A DNA stretch of 64,000 nucleotides. Origin: Macrostomum lignano (Eukaryota). The notes beneath the pieces are model-generated. The model was not told the DNA's origin. It saw only the letters and a list, made by a program, of their open reading frames with translations, and made no database searches. Made by a program: the position numbers and the translations under genes. Shown here in pieces: positions 48,691 to 60,351 of this stretch; position 1 is the stretch's first letter, and every line of letters starts with the position of its first letter. Location: positions 173,999-237,998 of the forward strand of contig NIVC01001780.1 in assembly GCA_002269645.1 (NCBI GenBank), read 5' to 3'.

Positions 48691-51600
48691 ATGACTAAGC
48701 TCCACGCTGCCAAAAGAGCGACATTCTGTCTGCAAATTAATTTACAGCATTGCGTATCTGCGTCAGTAAATCTGATGAAGATTGCTGAGCTGTACAGGCC
48801 AGGCCTCATCCTGATCCAGGAACCCTGGATGCGCAACGGTAAGTTGCCCAACATTCCCTATGGCTACTCTGATTTTTATGTGTGTGGCCCGGGGAACAGC
48901 CGCCCTAGAGCGGCTATCCTCGCTGCTAGCCATCTCCAGGCTTGGCTGAGGACTGATCTCTCTGATGGAGACCTTTGCGTCATTCAATCTAATCATTTCT
49001 CTCCGCGTACGTGTCTTGTTGCCTCGGTTTATATCCCAGGCGACAGAGACCCTGCTCCTGAGAGTTTACTGCGCCTCGCGCAGTACTGCAAGTCCCAGAA
49101 CGCTGAGCTGTGCTTAGGGGGTGACCTCAACGCGCACCACAAGCACTGGGGCAGCAAAGATACCAACACTAGAGGAGAGGAGCTTCTGGCCCTCATCTCT
49201 AACACAAACCTCATGCTCTGCAACCGCGGCAGCACTCCTACCTTTAATAATGGCAGATGGACCGAGGTCCTCGACGCCACACTCGTTACCCCTCAAGACT
49301 CTTTGACAGAGTTGAGGAGTGGAGAGTCTGGTCTGAGGAGCCCTCCCTGTCTGACCACTGCTTTATCGCCTTTAACATCGCGGACACTAAAACCCAGTCT
49401 CCGATCACTTGGAGACACAATATCCGCAACACTGATTGGGCGGCCTACAAGGCTGCCCTTGATCTGCACCTGCAGGAACTCACGGACTTACGTCCGATTG
49501 AGACCTGCGAGGATGTGGATCATATGGCTGAGACGCTGACAGGTTGCATTATTGAAGCCTACGAAGCGGCTTGTCCTGCTCGCGCCTACAAAGGCAAGAC
49601 CTCGGCGCCGTGGTGGAACCCGGAGCTGGGGAAACTCAGGCGGAAGGCCAAAAGCCTTCATCGCCGTGCCATGAAGACCGGAAACCCGGAGGACATGGAG
49701 CTTTTCGGGCAAGCCTCCCGCAATTTCAAATCTGAAGTGCGCAAGGCCAAGGAATGTAAGTGGCGCCAATTCTGCAATGAATTGGATCAAGACAGACCTA
49801 CTTCTAGGCTTGTCAAGGCCCTTACAATGGACAAAATGTCCAAATTAGCCATGATCAAAAAAGATGATGGCTCTCTTACTAAAGACCCTGAAGAAGTGCT
49901 TCAGCATATGCTTAGCACATTCTTCCCGAGGGTACCTACTGCTAGACCGGAGCCCAACCATTCGATGGATGGAGCCACCCTAGCGGCGGGCATTGTCACT
50001 GAAGACCTAATCGCTCGTGCGGTCAGAACCTTCAAACTTCAGCCTACAACCTTCAGAACCTGATGGTATCTACCCTGTTCTCCTTCGTGAAGCAGCCAAG
50101 ATACCCTCGTTCCTGAGACTCACCCGCAATCTTATGCGGGCCTCTATCCAGCTGGGATACGTTCCCAAATGCTGGACTGAAGCTCGGGTAGTCTTCATTC
50201 CCAAACCTGGGAAGGGTGACTACCAAAGCGTCAAAGCCTTCCGGCCTATTAGCTTAACGTCAGCAATGCTTAAGCTCACTGAGAGGCTTATTCTCTGGCG
50301 GCTGCTGTCCTGCGAGCTGACAGCGATGCCCCTCAGCAATAATCAGCAAGCCTTCCGTACCGGGAGGTCGACTGACAGCGCCCTGCATGCGATTGTCGAG
50401 AAGATTGAAAGGGCGGTACTGGGTGACGGTTACGCTCTGGCTCTCTTTCTTGACATTGTTGGCGCCTTCGACAACGTTATCTTTGAAGCGTTTCAGAGGG
50501 CCCTTCAAAATCGCAAAGCTCATGCTACCCTCATACGGTGGATCATGTACATGATCTCCAACCGTACGGTCACTGCCCAACTTCTTGGGCAAACTGCCTC
50601 CACCAGAGTATGTAAGGGTGGACCCCAAGGCGGAGTCCTCACCCTGACGCTCTGGAACCTGCTCATGGACGCTCTTTTGAGTGACTCCCGACCCGACCCC
50701 GTCTTCAAAGTCGGGTATGCTGATGACGTCACGGCCATTGTGGCAGGACCGTCTCCCAGCACGCTCAGGGATCTGATGCAGAGCTTTATCCGCAATGCAG
50801 AATCCTGGGCCAATGACAATGGTCTGGAACTCTCTGAGCCCAAAACCGTTGCCATTATGTTTACCAGCAGACTACGCTGGAACATACGTCCTCTGCAGCT
50901 CTACGGCAGAGATATTGCCTTCGCGCACCAGACCAGATGCCTCGGGGTCATACTTGACCACCGGCTCAACTGGTCCTCCCACGTGAAAGCAAAAGCCAAG
51001 CGTGCCTCAGCCATCCTGGCCCAGCTCCGACGAGCACTTGGCACTTCTTGGGGTCTATCCCCAAAGCGGCTTTGGTGGATCTATACTTCCGTAGTTAGAC
51101 CTGCCATTACGTACGCCTCTGTTGTCTGGGTTAGCGCTACCCAGGTCAAAAGCCATGCAGACCTGCTCAACACGATCCAAGGCAGAGCGTGTAGGCTCAT
51201 CTGCAACGCCACCAGGTCCACGCCCTTTGCTGGCATGGGGGCCTTCCTTAATCTTCCGCCTCTTGACCTCTTCATCAGGGGTGAGGCGGCTAGAACGACG
51301 CGGCGTCTAATTGATGCCGGCGTCAAATTCATTTACATGAGAGCACCTGCTAAGCGGAACCTTGTCCCGCATAGCGATCTGTGCCTCAACTTTCTCAACG
51401 AGTGTCAGGCCAATCGCGTCTTCACCGATGGCATTGCCTCAACGCTCAACCTGAGACAGCGCTACTCCGTAGCTATCGACTCGCGCGATAACATCAATGA
51501 CCAATGGAACCCTGGTGAGCTTCATTGCTACACCGACGGTTCTAAGCAGTCAGCCAACACCGGCTTTGGTGTTGGAATCTTTCTGAACGGGAGGGTCATC

Positions 51601-52437
51601 GCTACCCACGCTCAATACACTGGGGTCAACTCCAGTGTTTTCCAAAATGAAGTTCTGGCCATCAGCTCCTGCACTGCAGAGCTTCTCGCCACTGGCGTTA
51701 CTGGTAAGAACATCATTTTCCATTCGGACAGCCAAGCTGCCTTGCACGCCATCAGTGGCTGCAGCACCAACTCTGCTACAGTCCTCGACTGTATCAAACT
51801 CCTCAACGTGTTGGGTTCCGCCAACAAAATTACCCTTAAGTGTGTTCCGGGGCATGTGGGGATCCGAGGAAATGAGTTGGCTGGCACCTTTGCAAAAGTT
51901 GGTGCCTCCGGCTCCTCTCTCGGCCCCGAACCTCTTGTCCCGATTCCTGGCTGTGTCATCGACTCGCGCATCAAAGCGTGGATCAGGACTCAGCACCGCT
52001 CGACTTGGGCGAACCGCACGAACTGCAGGCAATCCAGAGGCGCTGTCCCTCAGCCCTCTCACCAGCTCCAGAAGCTCCTCTTGCGCCTCTCGCGCAGAGA
52101 CATCCGGGCTGCCACCATGACCCTCTCTGGTCACGGCTGCTTCTCCAGGCACCAGTACCTGCAGGGCAACGCCACCAACGCCACCTGTAGTTTCTGCAAC
52201 TCAGGTGACGAAACCGCTGAGCATTTCGTCAGCATCTGTCCCGCCTTCACGCGGGCCAGACTCACTTACCTCGGGCCACACACATCTATTACTGAAGCGT
52301 GCAAACCCGAAAACTTTAATCAGCTCATGCGCTACCTTCGGGCCACCCGCAGGGCTGAACTCTCCTTTCCAGAGAGCACCATAGCTGCTGGCGACACTGG
52401 GGGACCTCCCTGGGCGGCGCCAACCCTCCGTCCATAG
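48691..52437 (+). pseudogene. Retrotransposon ORF2 (pol), split over three frames
   Basis: Track ORFs 48691-49539, 49257-50063 and 50017-52437 carry consecutive domains. Some motifs deviate (CVPGH, GNELAG). Confidence 0.92.
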
Positions 52438-53504
52438 CGACGCGTCGGCCGTTCAGGGACTAGCGGAATGGGCGCCCGCGCCTTCCCGCTGTGTCCCCTC
52501 CGGGACAGCCCTGCAGCTAAGTCTAAAAAAAATCTTTCAGTGCGGACTTTCTTAAATTTTACACCGACTTAATGCGAGCGCTTATATCGAGGCTCAGGGG
52601 TATCAGGGTATAAAGCTGTTCATGTACACTCACACTCACTCTGGCCTCCGCGATGCTATTGACTGGCGCAGGTGAGGCATAGCAAATGGAAGGAAAGGGA
52701 GGGAAAGAGTTTCACTCTATTTTTAGCTCGAGGCAAGCCCGGTTTGTTTACTTAGCTTGGGTTGAGGGCAGCAGTAATAGGACTGTATTAGCTGCAGCCT
52801 GTAAGATCAATTATAAGGTTTAGCTAAAGACCTGTCTCTAGCTTTATTTCGTCAAATGCATAATTGCATGATTGATTACACTCGGAGTCATCCAATCTTC
52901 CCTTTTGTGCTATTTATGATTTGCACCTACAGACTCCAAAGCAGTTAGTGCCAGTTTGCTACAAATTATAGATTAGACACAAACGCTAGCAGTCATTCGA
53001 CAATCGACAAGGAAAACAAAGTAAAAAACTGACTATCGAGTACTTTTGTCACTAAAATCAGTTTGATGCTGGAAACTTGGTGCATTTAATATTTGGTGTC
53101 AGTGTGGAAGCATAGAAATGACCCAGCAATTACATCATGGCATCTAAGTTACATTAGAGCTAGAAATTAGCTGCAATTCACATACTCAAATATGCAAAGC
53201 AGGATTCATTCGATACTCAAAGTGAGTATGTTTTCCAGGAAATAGCTGTAGGATTAGCTCGATGGGTAAAAAACTCGACCTAATCTACGGTGCTGTGTAT
53301 TCTGTCCAGGAAACTTTTGGGATGTCCTGACTCTTCAAGGGCTACTTAAAAGTAGCCACTAAGGCATAAAAAGCTTTATTTTGAAAAATCATCTCAACAG
53401 GAGAGCGGGAAAATTAGCCTCGATCTAATACCTCGAGTGTAAAATAACCTCGAACAAGCCGTGACTTCCAACTTGCAGAGTATCGACCTAATCCGGCACA
53501 GATA

Positions 53505-53765
53505 AACACTCACCCACTCGCTCACACTCACTCACACTCACCCACTCGCTCACACTCACCCACTCGCTCGCTCACACTCACCCACTCGCTCACACTCACT
53601 CACACTCAGTCACTCGCTCACACTCAGTCACTCGCTCACACTCACTCACAGTCACTTAATCGCTCACTCGCTCACACTCACTCACAGTCACTCACTCGCT
53701 CACACTCACTCACTCTCTCTCACTCGCTCACACTCCCACTCACTCTCTCACTCGCTCACACTCAC
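53505..53765. repeat. CA-rich (CTCA/CTCG) low-complexity repeat
   Basis: Directly visible. Confidence 0.9.
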
Positions 53766-54748
53766 GAAGTTTGAGATTGGGTTTTTAGTTAAGTTTTCTT
53801 ATTTTAGGTGTATATTGTAAAACATTTTGTTTTACAAGACGAACTGTCGGCAGATGAATGAACTGGAAACCCTTGACGGTGCACACTATATTATCCCTCC
53901 ATTGTCATGTTGCTCACTACTTATTTTGTAATTAACATTGTAAACTGCAAAAAACGCAAATTTTTCACTTCGCTGGAATTAATGAATTTTTTACATTAAT
54001 GTTAACATCAAAATACTCATTGATGTTATTCAACAAAAATCTCAAAATTCTAATTTAAAATTAATTATATGACGATTACGAGAATCTTAGTATGCAGCTT
54101 ACTAGGCAACAATTTTCACTGCTTTGAGACGATTTATATAACTACACTCCGAAATATATCAAGCAAATCTCTGTGAGCTCGTACAAGCCCTGGACCCCCC
54201 ATTTCGCACACCATGCATGCACCAACCCCAATTATCCCCATCCCCAGGGGGTTTTCTCTCTCGATTCAGCCTACAAGCTCAATAAACGCTCAGCCAATGG
54301 AGAGAGAGTTACACACAGATTCTCGCGAAATCTCGCGAGGGTCTCGCGAGATTTGAGCCTTTCCTCGCGAACCCAACTGTGAGATGAGCAAGTATATTAT
54401 GTAGAAGATTAAACATGGACTTTTTAGGGATTTATAAAAGTACATGTAGCTTCGAAATCGCATAATGTTTAATCTCATAAAAAATTAACATAACGATTAT
54501 CCTGAAAATTTTGTGAATTCAGGAATTTGCGAATAGAATTCCTGAGAACGAAGTAAATGTCTATAGTATGCGATCAACTACTGTCCGTCATATATTTATT
54601 CAGTTTAACGCTAATCTAAATCATTTACTGTCTGTAATAAATAAACGGTGTTAATTACTTCATAGTATTTGCTTGTTGAAAGATGCGCGCAACTTTGCTG
54701 CCATTCGATATCTTAATCAAATTTAGTAGTTTAAATGAGTTTCCAATT

Positions 54749-55237
54749 CTATCCATTCGTGTGGGTGAGCGGCACCACAATCACTGGCCGGTGCGCATGG
54801 TGAACAACATAGTCCGATACGCTGCCAAGCATGGTTCGTTGAAGTCGTTTCAATCCGCGAGTGCCCATTAGAATGGCGGCAGCGTCTAGTTCTGTTGCCA
54901 TGGCAACAATCGCCTTGCTCGGTTCGGCTTCGTACTTGTCAATGAACTTGACGGAGTCTGCTGGCAAGCCCAACTGTTGGCAGAGTGCCAAGCAGTGTTT
55001 GCGCACCCTGTCGATCTGGGCTGACGATTCTTGCATCAGCTGGGTGTACAGCTCTGTCTTGGACATCTTCAAGGTCGTGTTGCCGCGAGGCAGCGGCGGG
55101 GCTTCAACTGAATAAAAGATCACCAGCTGAGTGTCTCTTTCAGCATTGAGTCTGGCGAACCAGCTCAGAGCGGCCTGGCTGTTCTCACTGTTGTCGTAGG
55201 CGAGTAGAAACACGGTGGGCTGCTGGGGCGAGGTCAT
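54749..55237 (-). CDS. Universal stress protein (USP domain), intronless, 162 aa
   Basis: N-terminal LLAYDNSENSQAAL and C-terminal ILMGTRGL...LGSVSDYVVHHAHRPVIVV, the G-x2-G-x9-GS nucleotide-binding motif. Confidence 0.93.
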   Translation of the reverse strand: MTSPQQPTVFLLAYDNSENSQAALSWFARLNAERDTQLVIFYSVEAPPLPRGNTTLKMSKTELYTQLMQESSAQIDRVRKHCLALCQQLGLPADSVKFIDKYEAEPSKAIVAMATELDAAAILMGTRGLKRLQRTMLGSVSDYVVHHAHRPVIVVPLTHTNG

Positions 55238-55499
55238 GGCCTATGAGCAGTATATGAGCAGCTTGTGATATCGCTTAGCATAAAACTATTTAGTGTTACA
55301 TTACTTATAAATTAAAATCTCATAACAAACTTTCTCTCGTTCGAGATCAGATAAGAAAAGAGCTGCTGGTTCGGTCTTATTTGTATACGTACTCGATACG
55401 GTTTGAACAAATTTGAAACTCGAGAGCTCTGCACGCATGTTGCACTGACATAAACTGCACACGATTCAAAGGGGACAAAAAAGCAGAAAAACAAAAACG

Positions 55500-57245
55500 A
55501 ACCGTAAATTGCGAGCCGGAGAAGGGGAGTGAGGAGGGAATAGAGATAGGAGAAGATGAGTGAAAAGGAGGAGAGGAAAGAAGAGGAGAGATGTAATTGA
55601 TGAAGGAAGAGAAGATAGGAAAGAAGAGGAGAGAAGGGAGAGAAGGGAGAGAAGGGAGAGAAGAGAAGAGAAGAGAGAGAAGAGGAGAGAAGGGAGAGAA
55701 GAGAAGAGAAGGGAGAGAAGGGAGAGAAGGGAGAGAAGGGAGAGAAGGGAGAGAAGGGAGATAAGGGAGAGAAGAGGAGAGAAGGAGAGGAAAGAAGGGA
55801 GAGAAGGGAGAGAAGGGAGAGGAGGGAGAGAAGGGAGAGAAGAGGAGAGAAGAGAAGAGAAGGAAGAGAAGCTAGAAGGGAGAGAAGAGAAGAGAAGGGA
55901 GAGAAGGGAGAGAAGGGAGAGAAGGGAGAGAAGAGAGAGAAGGGAGAGAAGGGAGAGAAGAGGAGAGAAGGAGAGGAAAGAAGGGAGAGAAGGGAGAGAA
56001 GGGAGAGGAGGGGAAAGAAGGGAGAGAAGCGGAGAGAAGGGAGAGATGGAGAGAAGGGAGAGAAGGGAGAGAAGGGAGAGAAGAGGAGAGAAGGAGAGGA
56101 AAGAAGGGAGAGAAGGGAGAGAAGGGAGAGGAGGGGAAAGAAGGGAGAGAAGCGGAGAGAAGGGAGAGAAGGGAGACAAGGGAGAGAAGGGAGAGAAGGG
56201 AGAGAAGAGGAGAGAAGGAGAGGAAAGAAGGGAGAGAAGGGAGAGAAGAGGAGAGAAGGAGAGGAAAGAAGGGAGAGAAGGGAGAGAAGAGGATAGAAGG
56301 AGAGGAAAGAAGGGAGAGAAGGGAGAGAAGGGAGAGGAGGGGAAAGAAGGGAGAGAAGCGGAGAGAAGGGAGAGATGGAGAGAAGGGAGAGAAGGGAGAG
56401 AAGGGAGAGAAGAGGAGAGAAGGAGAGGAAAGAAGGGAGAGAAGGGAGAGAAGGGAGAGGAGGGGAAAGAAGGGAGAGAAGCGGAGAGAAGGGAGAGAAG
56501 GGAGACAAGGGAGAGAAGGGAGAGAAGGGAGAGAAGAGGAGAGAAGGAGAGGAAAGAAGGGAGAGAAGGGAGAGAAGAGGAGAGAAGGAGAGGAAAGAAG
56601 GGAGAGAAGGGAGAGAAGAGGAGAGAAGGAGAGGAAAGAAGGGAGAGAAGGGAGAGAAGAGGAGAGAAGGAGAGGAAAGAAGGGAGAGAAGGGAGAGAAG
56701 GGAGAGGAGGGGAAAGAAGGGAGAGAAGCGGAGAGAAGGGAGAGAAGGGAGAGAAGAGGAGAGAAGGAGAGGAAAGAAGGGAGAGAAGGGAAAGAAGGGA
56801 GAGAAGGGAGAGAAGGGAGAGAAGGGAGAGAAGGGAGAGAAGCGGAGAGAAGGGAGAGAAGGGAGAGAAGGGAGAGAAGGGAGAGAAGAGGAGAGAAGGA
56901 GAGGAGAGAAGGGAGAGAAGGGAGAGAAGAGGAGAGAAGGAGAGGAAAGAAGGGAGAGAAGGGAGAGAAGAGGAGAGAAGGAGAGGAAAGAAGGGAGAGA
57001 AGGGAGAGGAGGGGAAAGAAGGGAGAGAAGGGAGAGAAGGGAGAGGAGGGAGAGAAGGGAGAGAAGAGGAGAGAAGAGGAGAGAAGGGAGAGAAGGGAGA
57101 GAAGGGAGAGGAGGGGAAAGAAGGGAGAGAAGGGAGAGAAGGGAGAGGAGGGGAAAGAAGGGAGAGAAGGGAGAGAAGGGAGAGGAGGGGAAAGAAGGGA
57201 AAGAAGGGAGAGAAGGGAGAGAAGGGAGAGAAGGGAGAGAAGGAG
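55500..57245. repeat. ~1.7 kb almost pure-purine repeat (GAGAAGGGA)n with higher-order duplications
   Basis: Directly visible. Confidence 0.97.
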
Positions 57246-57519
57246 TCAAAGTGTTGTATTTGTCCAGCTGGCCCACTTAAGCGAGAAAAGTCAGAGATTT
57301 CCCAGGAAATTTGGTAAAATTTTACACAGCAACATTTTTTGTCAATGTCGCTCACTGCAAGGAGCAAATTTACCTGACACTGCATGCTTACTGGCAGATT
57401 CCGGTTTTATTTCGGAAAACGCTGGAATAACAAATTTAATAATCTGCTAATAGCCCTTATATTGTATCTTAATCTTCTGTCCAAGTGTGTGTCTTTGTGT
57501 CAGTCTGTTTTTGCACCTG

Positions 57520-58648
57520 TCTGCCAGCGCCAAAACGAGTACATTTGGCGCAAAAATGAGTGCCTGCGGCGCCAAATTGAGTGCCTGCGGCGCCAAAATG
57601 AGTGTCTGCGGCGCCAAAATGAGTGCCTGCGGCGCCAAATTGAGTGCCTGCGGCGCTAAAATGAGTGCCTGCGGCGCCAAAATGAGTGTCTGCGGCGCCA
57701 AAATGAGTGTCTGCGGCGCCAAAATGAGTGCCTGCGGCGCCAAATTGAGTGCCTGCGGCGCCAAAATGAGTGCCTGCGGCGCTAAAATGAGTGCCTGCGG
57801 CGCTAAAATGAGTGCCTACGGCGCCAAAACGAGTGCCTGCGGCGCCAAAATGAGTGCCTGCGGCGCCAAAATGAGTGCCTGCGGCGCCAAAATGAGTGCC
57901 TGCGGCGCTAAATTGAGTGCCTACGGCGCCAAAACGAGTGCCTGCGGCGCTAAAATGAGTGCCTGCGGCGCTAAAATGAGTGCCTACGGCGCCAAAACGA
58001 GTGCCTACGGCGCCAAAATGAGTGCCTGCGGCGCCAAAATGAGTGCCTGCGGCTATAAAATGAGTGCCTGCGGCTATAAAATGAGTGCCTGCGGCTATAA
58101 AATGAGTGCCTGCGGCGCCAAAATGAGTGCCTGCGGCGCCAAAATGAGTGCCTGCGGCGCTAAATTGAGTGCCTATGGCGCTAAAATGAGTGCCTGCGGC
58201 GCCAAAATGAGTGCCTGCGGCGCTAAATTGAGTGCCTGCGGCGCCAAAATGAGTGCCTGCGGCGCCAAAATGAGTGCCTGCGGCTATAAAATGAGTGCCT
58301 GCAGCGCTAAAAGGAGTGCCTGCGGCGCCAAAATGAGTGCCTGCGGCTATAAAATGAGTGCCTGCGGCTATAAAATGAGTGCCTGCAGCGCTAAAAGGAG
58401 TGCCTGCGGCGCCAAAATGAGTGCCTGCGGCTATAAAATGAGTGCCTGCGGCTATAAAATGAGTGCCTGCGGCTATAAAATGAGTGCCTGCGGTGCCAAA
58501 ATGAGTGCCTGCGGCGCCAAAATGAGTGCCTGCGGTGCCAAAATGAGTGCTGACAACACCGATTCTCAAACTAATGCAGGAATTTAGTCAATTCTTGGCT
58601 TCGAGTCCCCTCCCCCTTACCATGAAATCCATGGCGATAAAAACCCTG
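57520..58648 (-). mobile_element. MITE family 'CAGGGGCG' copy with ~48 units of the 21-bp minisatellite (GAGTGCCTGCGGCGCCAAAAT)
   Basis: Same unit as at 40830 (opposite strand). The right flank AATTCTTGGCTT...CCATGAAATCCATGGCGAT...CCCTG matches the family terminus; the left terminus was not found. Confidence 0.75.
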
Positions 58649-58971
58649 CATAATGTGAACAGTAAACAAAATAATAGCGACTGTGTTTTTGTTAACAGAT
58701 GTTGTCGTCTGCTGCTATCAGTTCAATGCTAAAAATGAGTCTCTTTGTTATTTTCGTCATAATTGCAATCTAGAAAGCTGCGGAAATGCCGATCTGCTCA
58801 ATTTTTTTTTTCAGAGCCCAGCTGAATCGCTGGCTGCCAGTCAATTCTAGCCCACAATTTTGCACCTGTTCGTTCCATTAAGGTTCATATAAAGACGCAT
58901 TCAAGTCTACTCTAATAAACGGCTAGGTGCATACCGGAGGTAACCTGTAGTTTTTATCATTTCTCCATGAA

Positions 58972-59367
58972 ATGGTGCGCCAAAATTTGGTTGCCCAAAT
59001 CAAACTGGCCTTTTTAGCCCTGATTGTCAGCATATCGACCATTTGCATCGTTTCTACGGTCAGAAATAACCAAAATTATCAACAGAGAGCATGCTTAGCA
59101 AATAACCACATAACAACTCAGTCAAGGATGACGACAGCAATGAGAAATGTCAGCACCACTACTGTTCCTACCGTGAAACCTCTAAGACCAGTCAGACCTC
59201 CCAGCTGCGACTACCACCAGGAGCTATCGACGCTGAACTTCCTCAAAGACGACTCTCTGCGCTGGAATTTGTGTCGAAAAGTTGATGCAGCTGAAACTTT
59301 CCAGCCTACAATATCCGTCGGGGGCGATTCCCGTTGTGCCGACTGGTTGACAGTTTGCCGACAGCGG
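58972..59367 (+). CDS. Probable exon 1 of the FkbM-type methyltransferase (cytosolic tail, TM anchor, Thr-rich stem)
   Basis: Basic N-terminus, hydrophobic LAFLALIVSISTICIVSTV, Thr/Pro-rich stem. The exact donor is uncertain (ACA|GTTTGC or CG|GTGATG). Confidence 0.6.
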
Positions 59368-59425
59368 TGATGAAGGTTCGATTTGTCGAATTGATTTTTT
59401 TACACAATAAAACACAAAACGCAAA

Positions 59426-59721
59426 ATTTCACAATATTCAACACTAAAATAGTGATTGGGTCTCTTAACAGTGTCAGAGAAAGTTCTAATCACACTATTT
59501 TGTGCCTTACAGGCTGCTCTAACGACGCATTAACCGATTCTTCGTGTTAAATTGGACTTGTCATTGGTTTAAACTTTTTTTCAAGTGACAGACCAATTTA
59601 ACAAAAAAATCGTTTAATGCGTCGTTAGAGCAGCGTGTGAGGCACAAAATAGTGTGATTAGAACTTTCTCTGACACTCTTAAGAAACCCAATCACTATTT
59701 TAGTGTTGAGAATCGTGAAAT
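59426..59721. mobile_element. Near-perfect ~295-bp palindromic (hairpin) MITE, intronic
   Basis: CAACACTAAAATAGTGATTGGG...GCTCTAACGACGCATTAA is mirrored by TTAATGCGTCGTTAGAGC...CCCAATCACTATTTTAGTGTTG. Confidence 0.88.
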
Positions 59722-60001
59722 ATCCTATCTCCGTAGTGTATTTTTCCGGTGAAACCTGCCTTTAAAACTATTTCTGATTGAAAAGCTTTATGCATATCGA
59801 TAGAGCAATAAGAAAGGCACAAACATATCAAAAGATGAACACTGGATCTGCCTCCTATCAAAAGCAATAACAATTTTTGTGCTGAAAAAATTAAAACCTC
59901 CTATCTCTGTAGTGTATTTTCGGCGGAAAGTTGCCTTCAAAACATTTACGATGGATTTCGAGTGTAACGTCCTATATATGTTACTTGAGTAGTCCTTGGT
60001 C
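59722..60001. mobile_element. Partial relative of the Tourist-like MITE at 23536
   Basis: Shares CCTATCTCCGTAGTGTATTTT, AAAGCAATAAC..TTTTGTGCTGAAAAAA and GCCTTCAAAAC with 23850-24040. Confidence 0.75.
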
Positions 60002-60351
60002 ATAAAGCATCGCGTACGGAAAGCCTTTAAAGAGGATATCCGAATTAAAACAAATCCTCCACAACCAGCAACGACGGCAATTCTGTCCTGAGCACAACCA
60101 CTCGATCACTGGCGAATTTCCGCGCACAAAGCTCCAAAGTTAATGTCAACGCTCACGGAATCACCCGCGGCACTTTTACCATCTGCTCTGCACTTAAGAA
60201 TATCCAGATGCATCAGTTAGAGACATGACTTTTCACTAAGCAGCACTAGAAGTGATAGGTTTAGTACCTTATAACTACATGCAAGCATTAAAACTCGCTT
60301 AAAATTGCAGTAAGTATCCAAACTAGCAGTTCAATTGAAGCTTCATAACAG

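Larger units (their letters stand above)
47024..52532 (+). mobile_element. Non-LTR retrotransposon (APE + RT + RNase H + CCHC), LOA/R1/I-group-like, near full length but frameshifted
   Basis: ORF1, then ORF2 with APE (QINLQH, LIQEPW, GGDLNAHH, LSDH), RT (FRPISLTS, PQGGVL, YADD), RNase H (YTDGSK, EVLAI, SDSQAAL, PGHVGIRGNE) and CSFC..H..C. 3' UTR hairpins and an A8 tail. The 5' boundary is approximate. Confidence 0.95.

Noticed and set aside
52730-52738. AGGCAAGC matching the LINE 5' junction as a possible TSD
   Set aside because: It lies ~200 bp beyond the poly(A) tail and is short enough to be chance.
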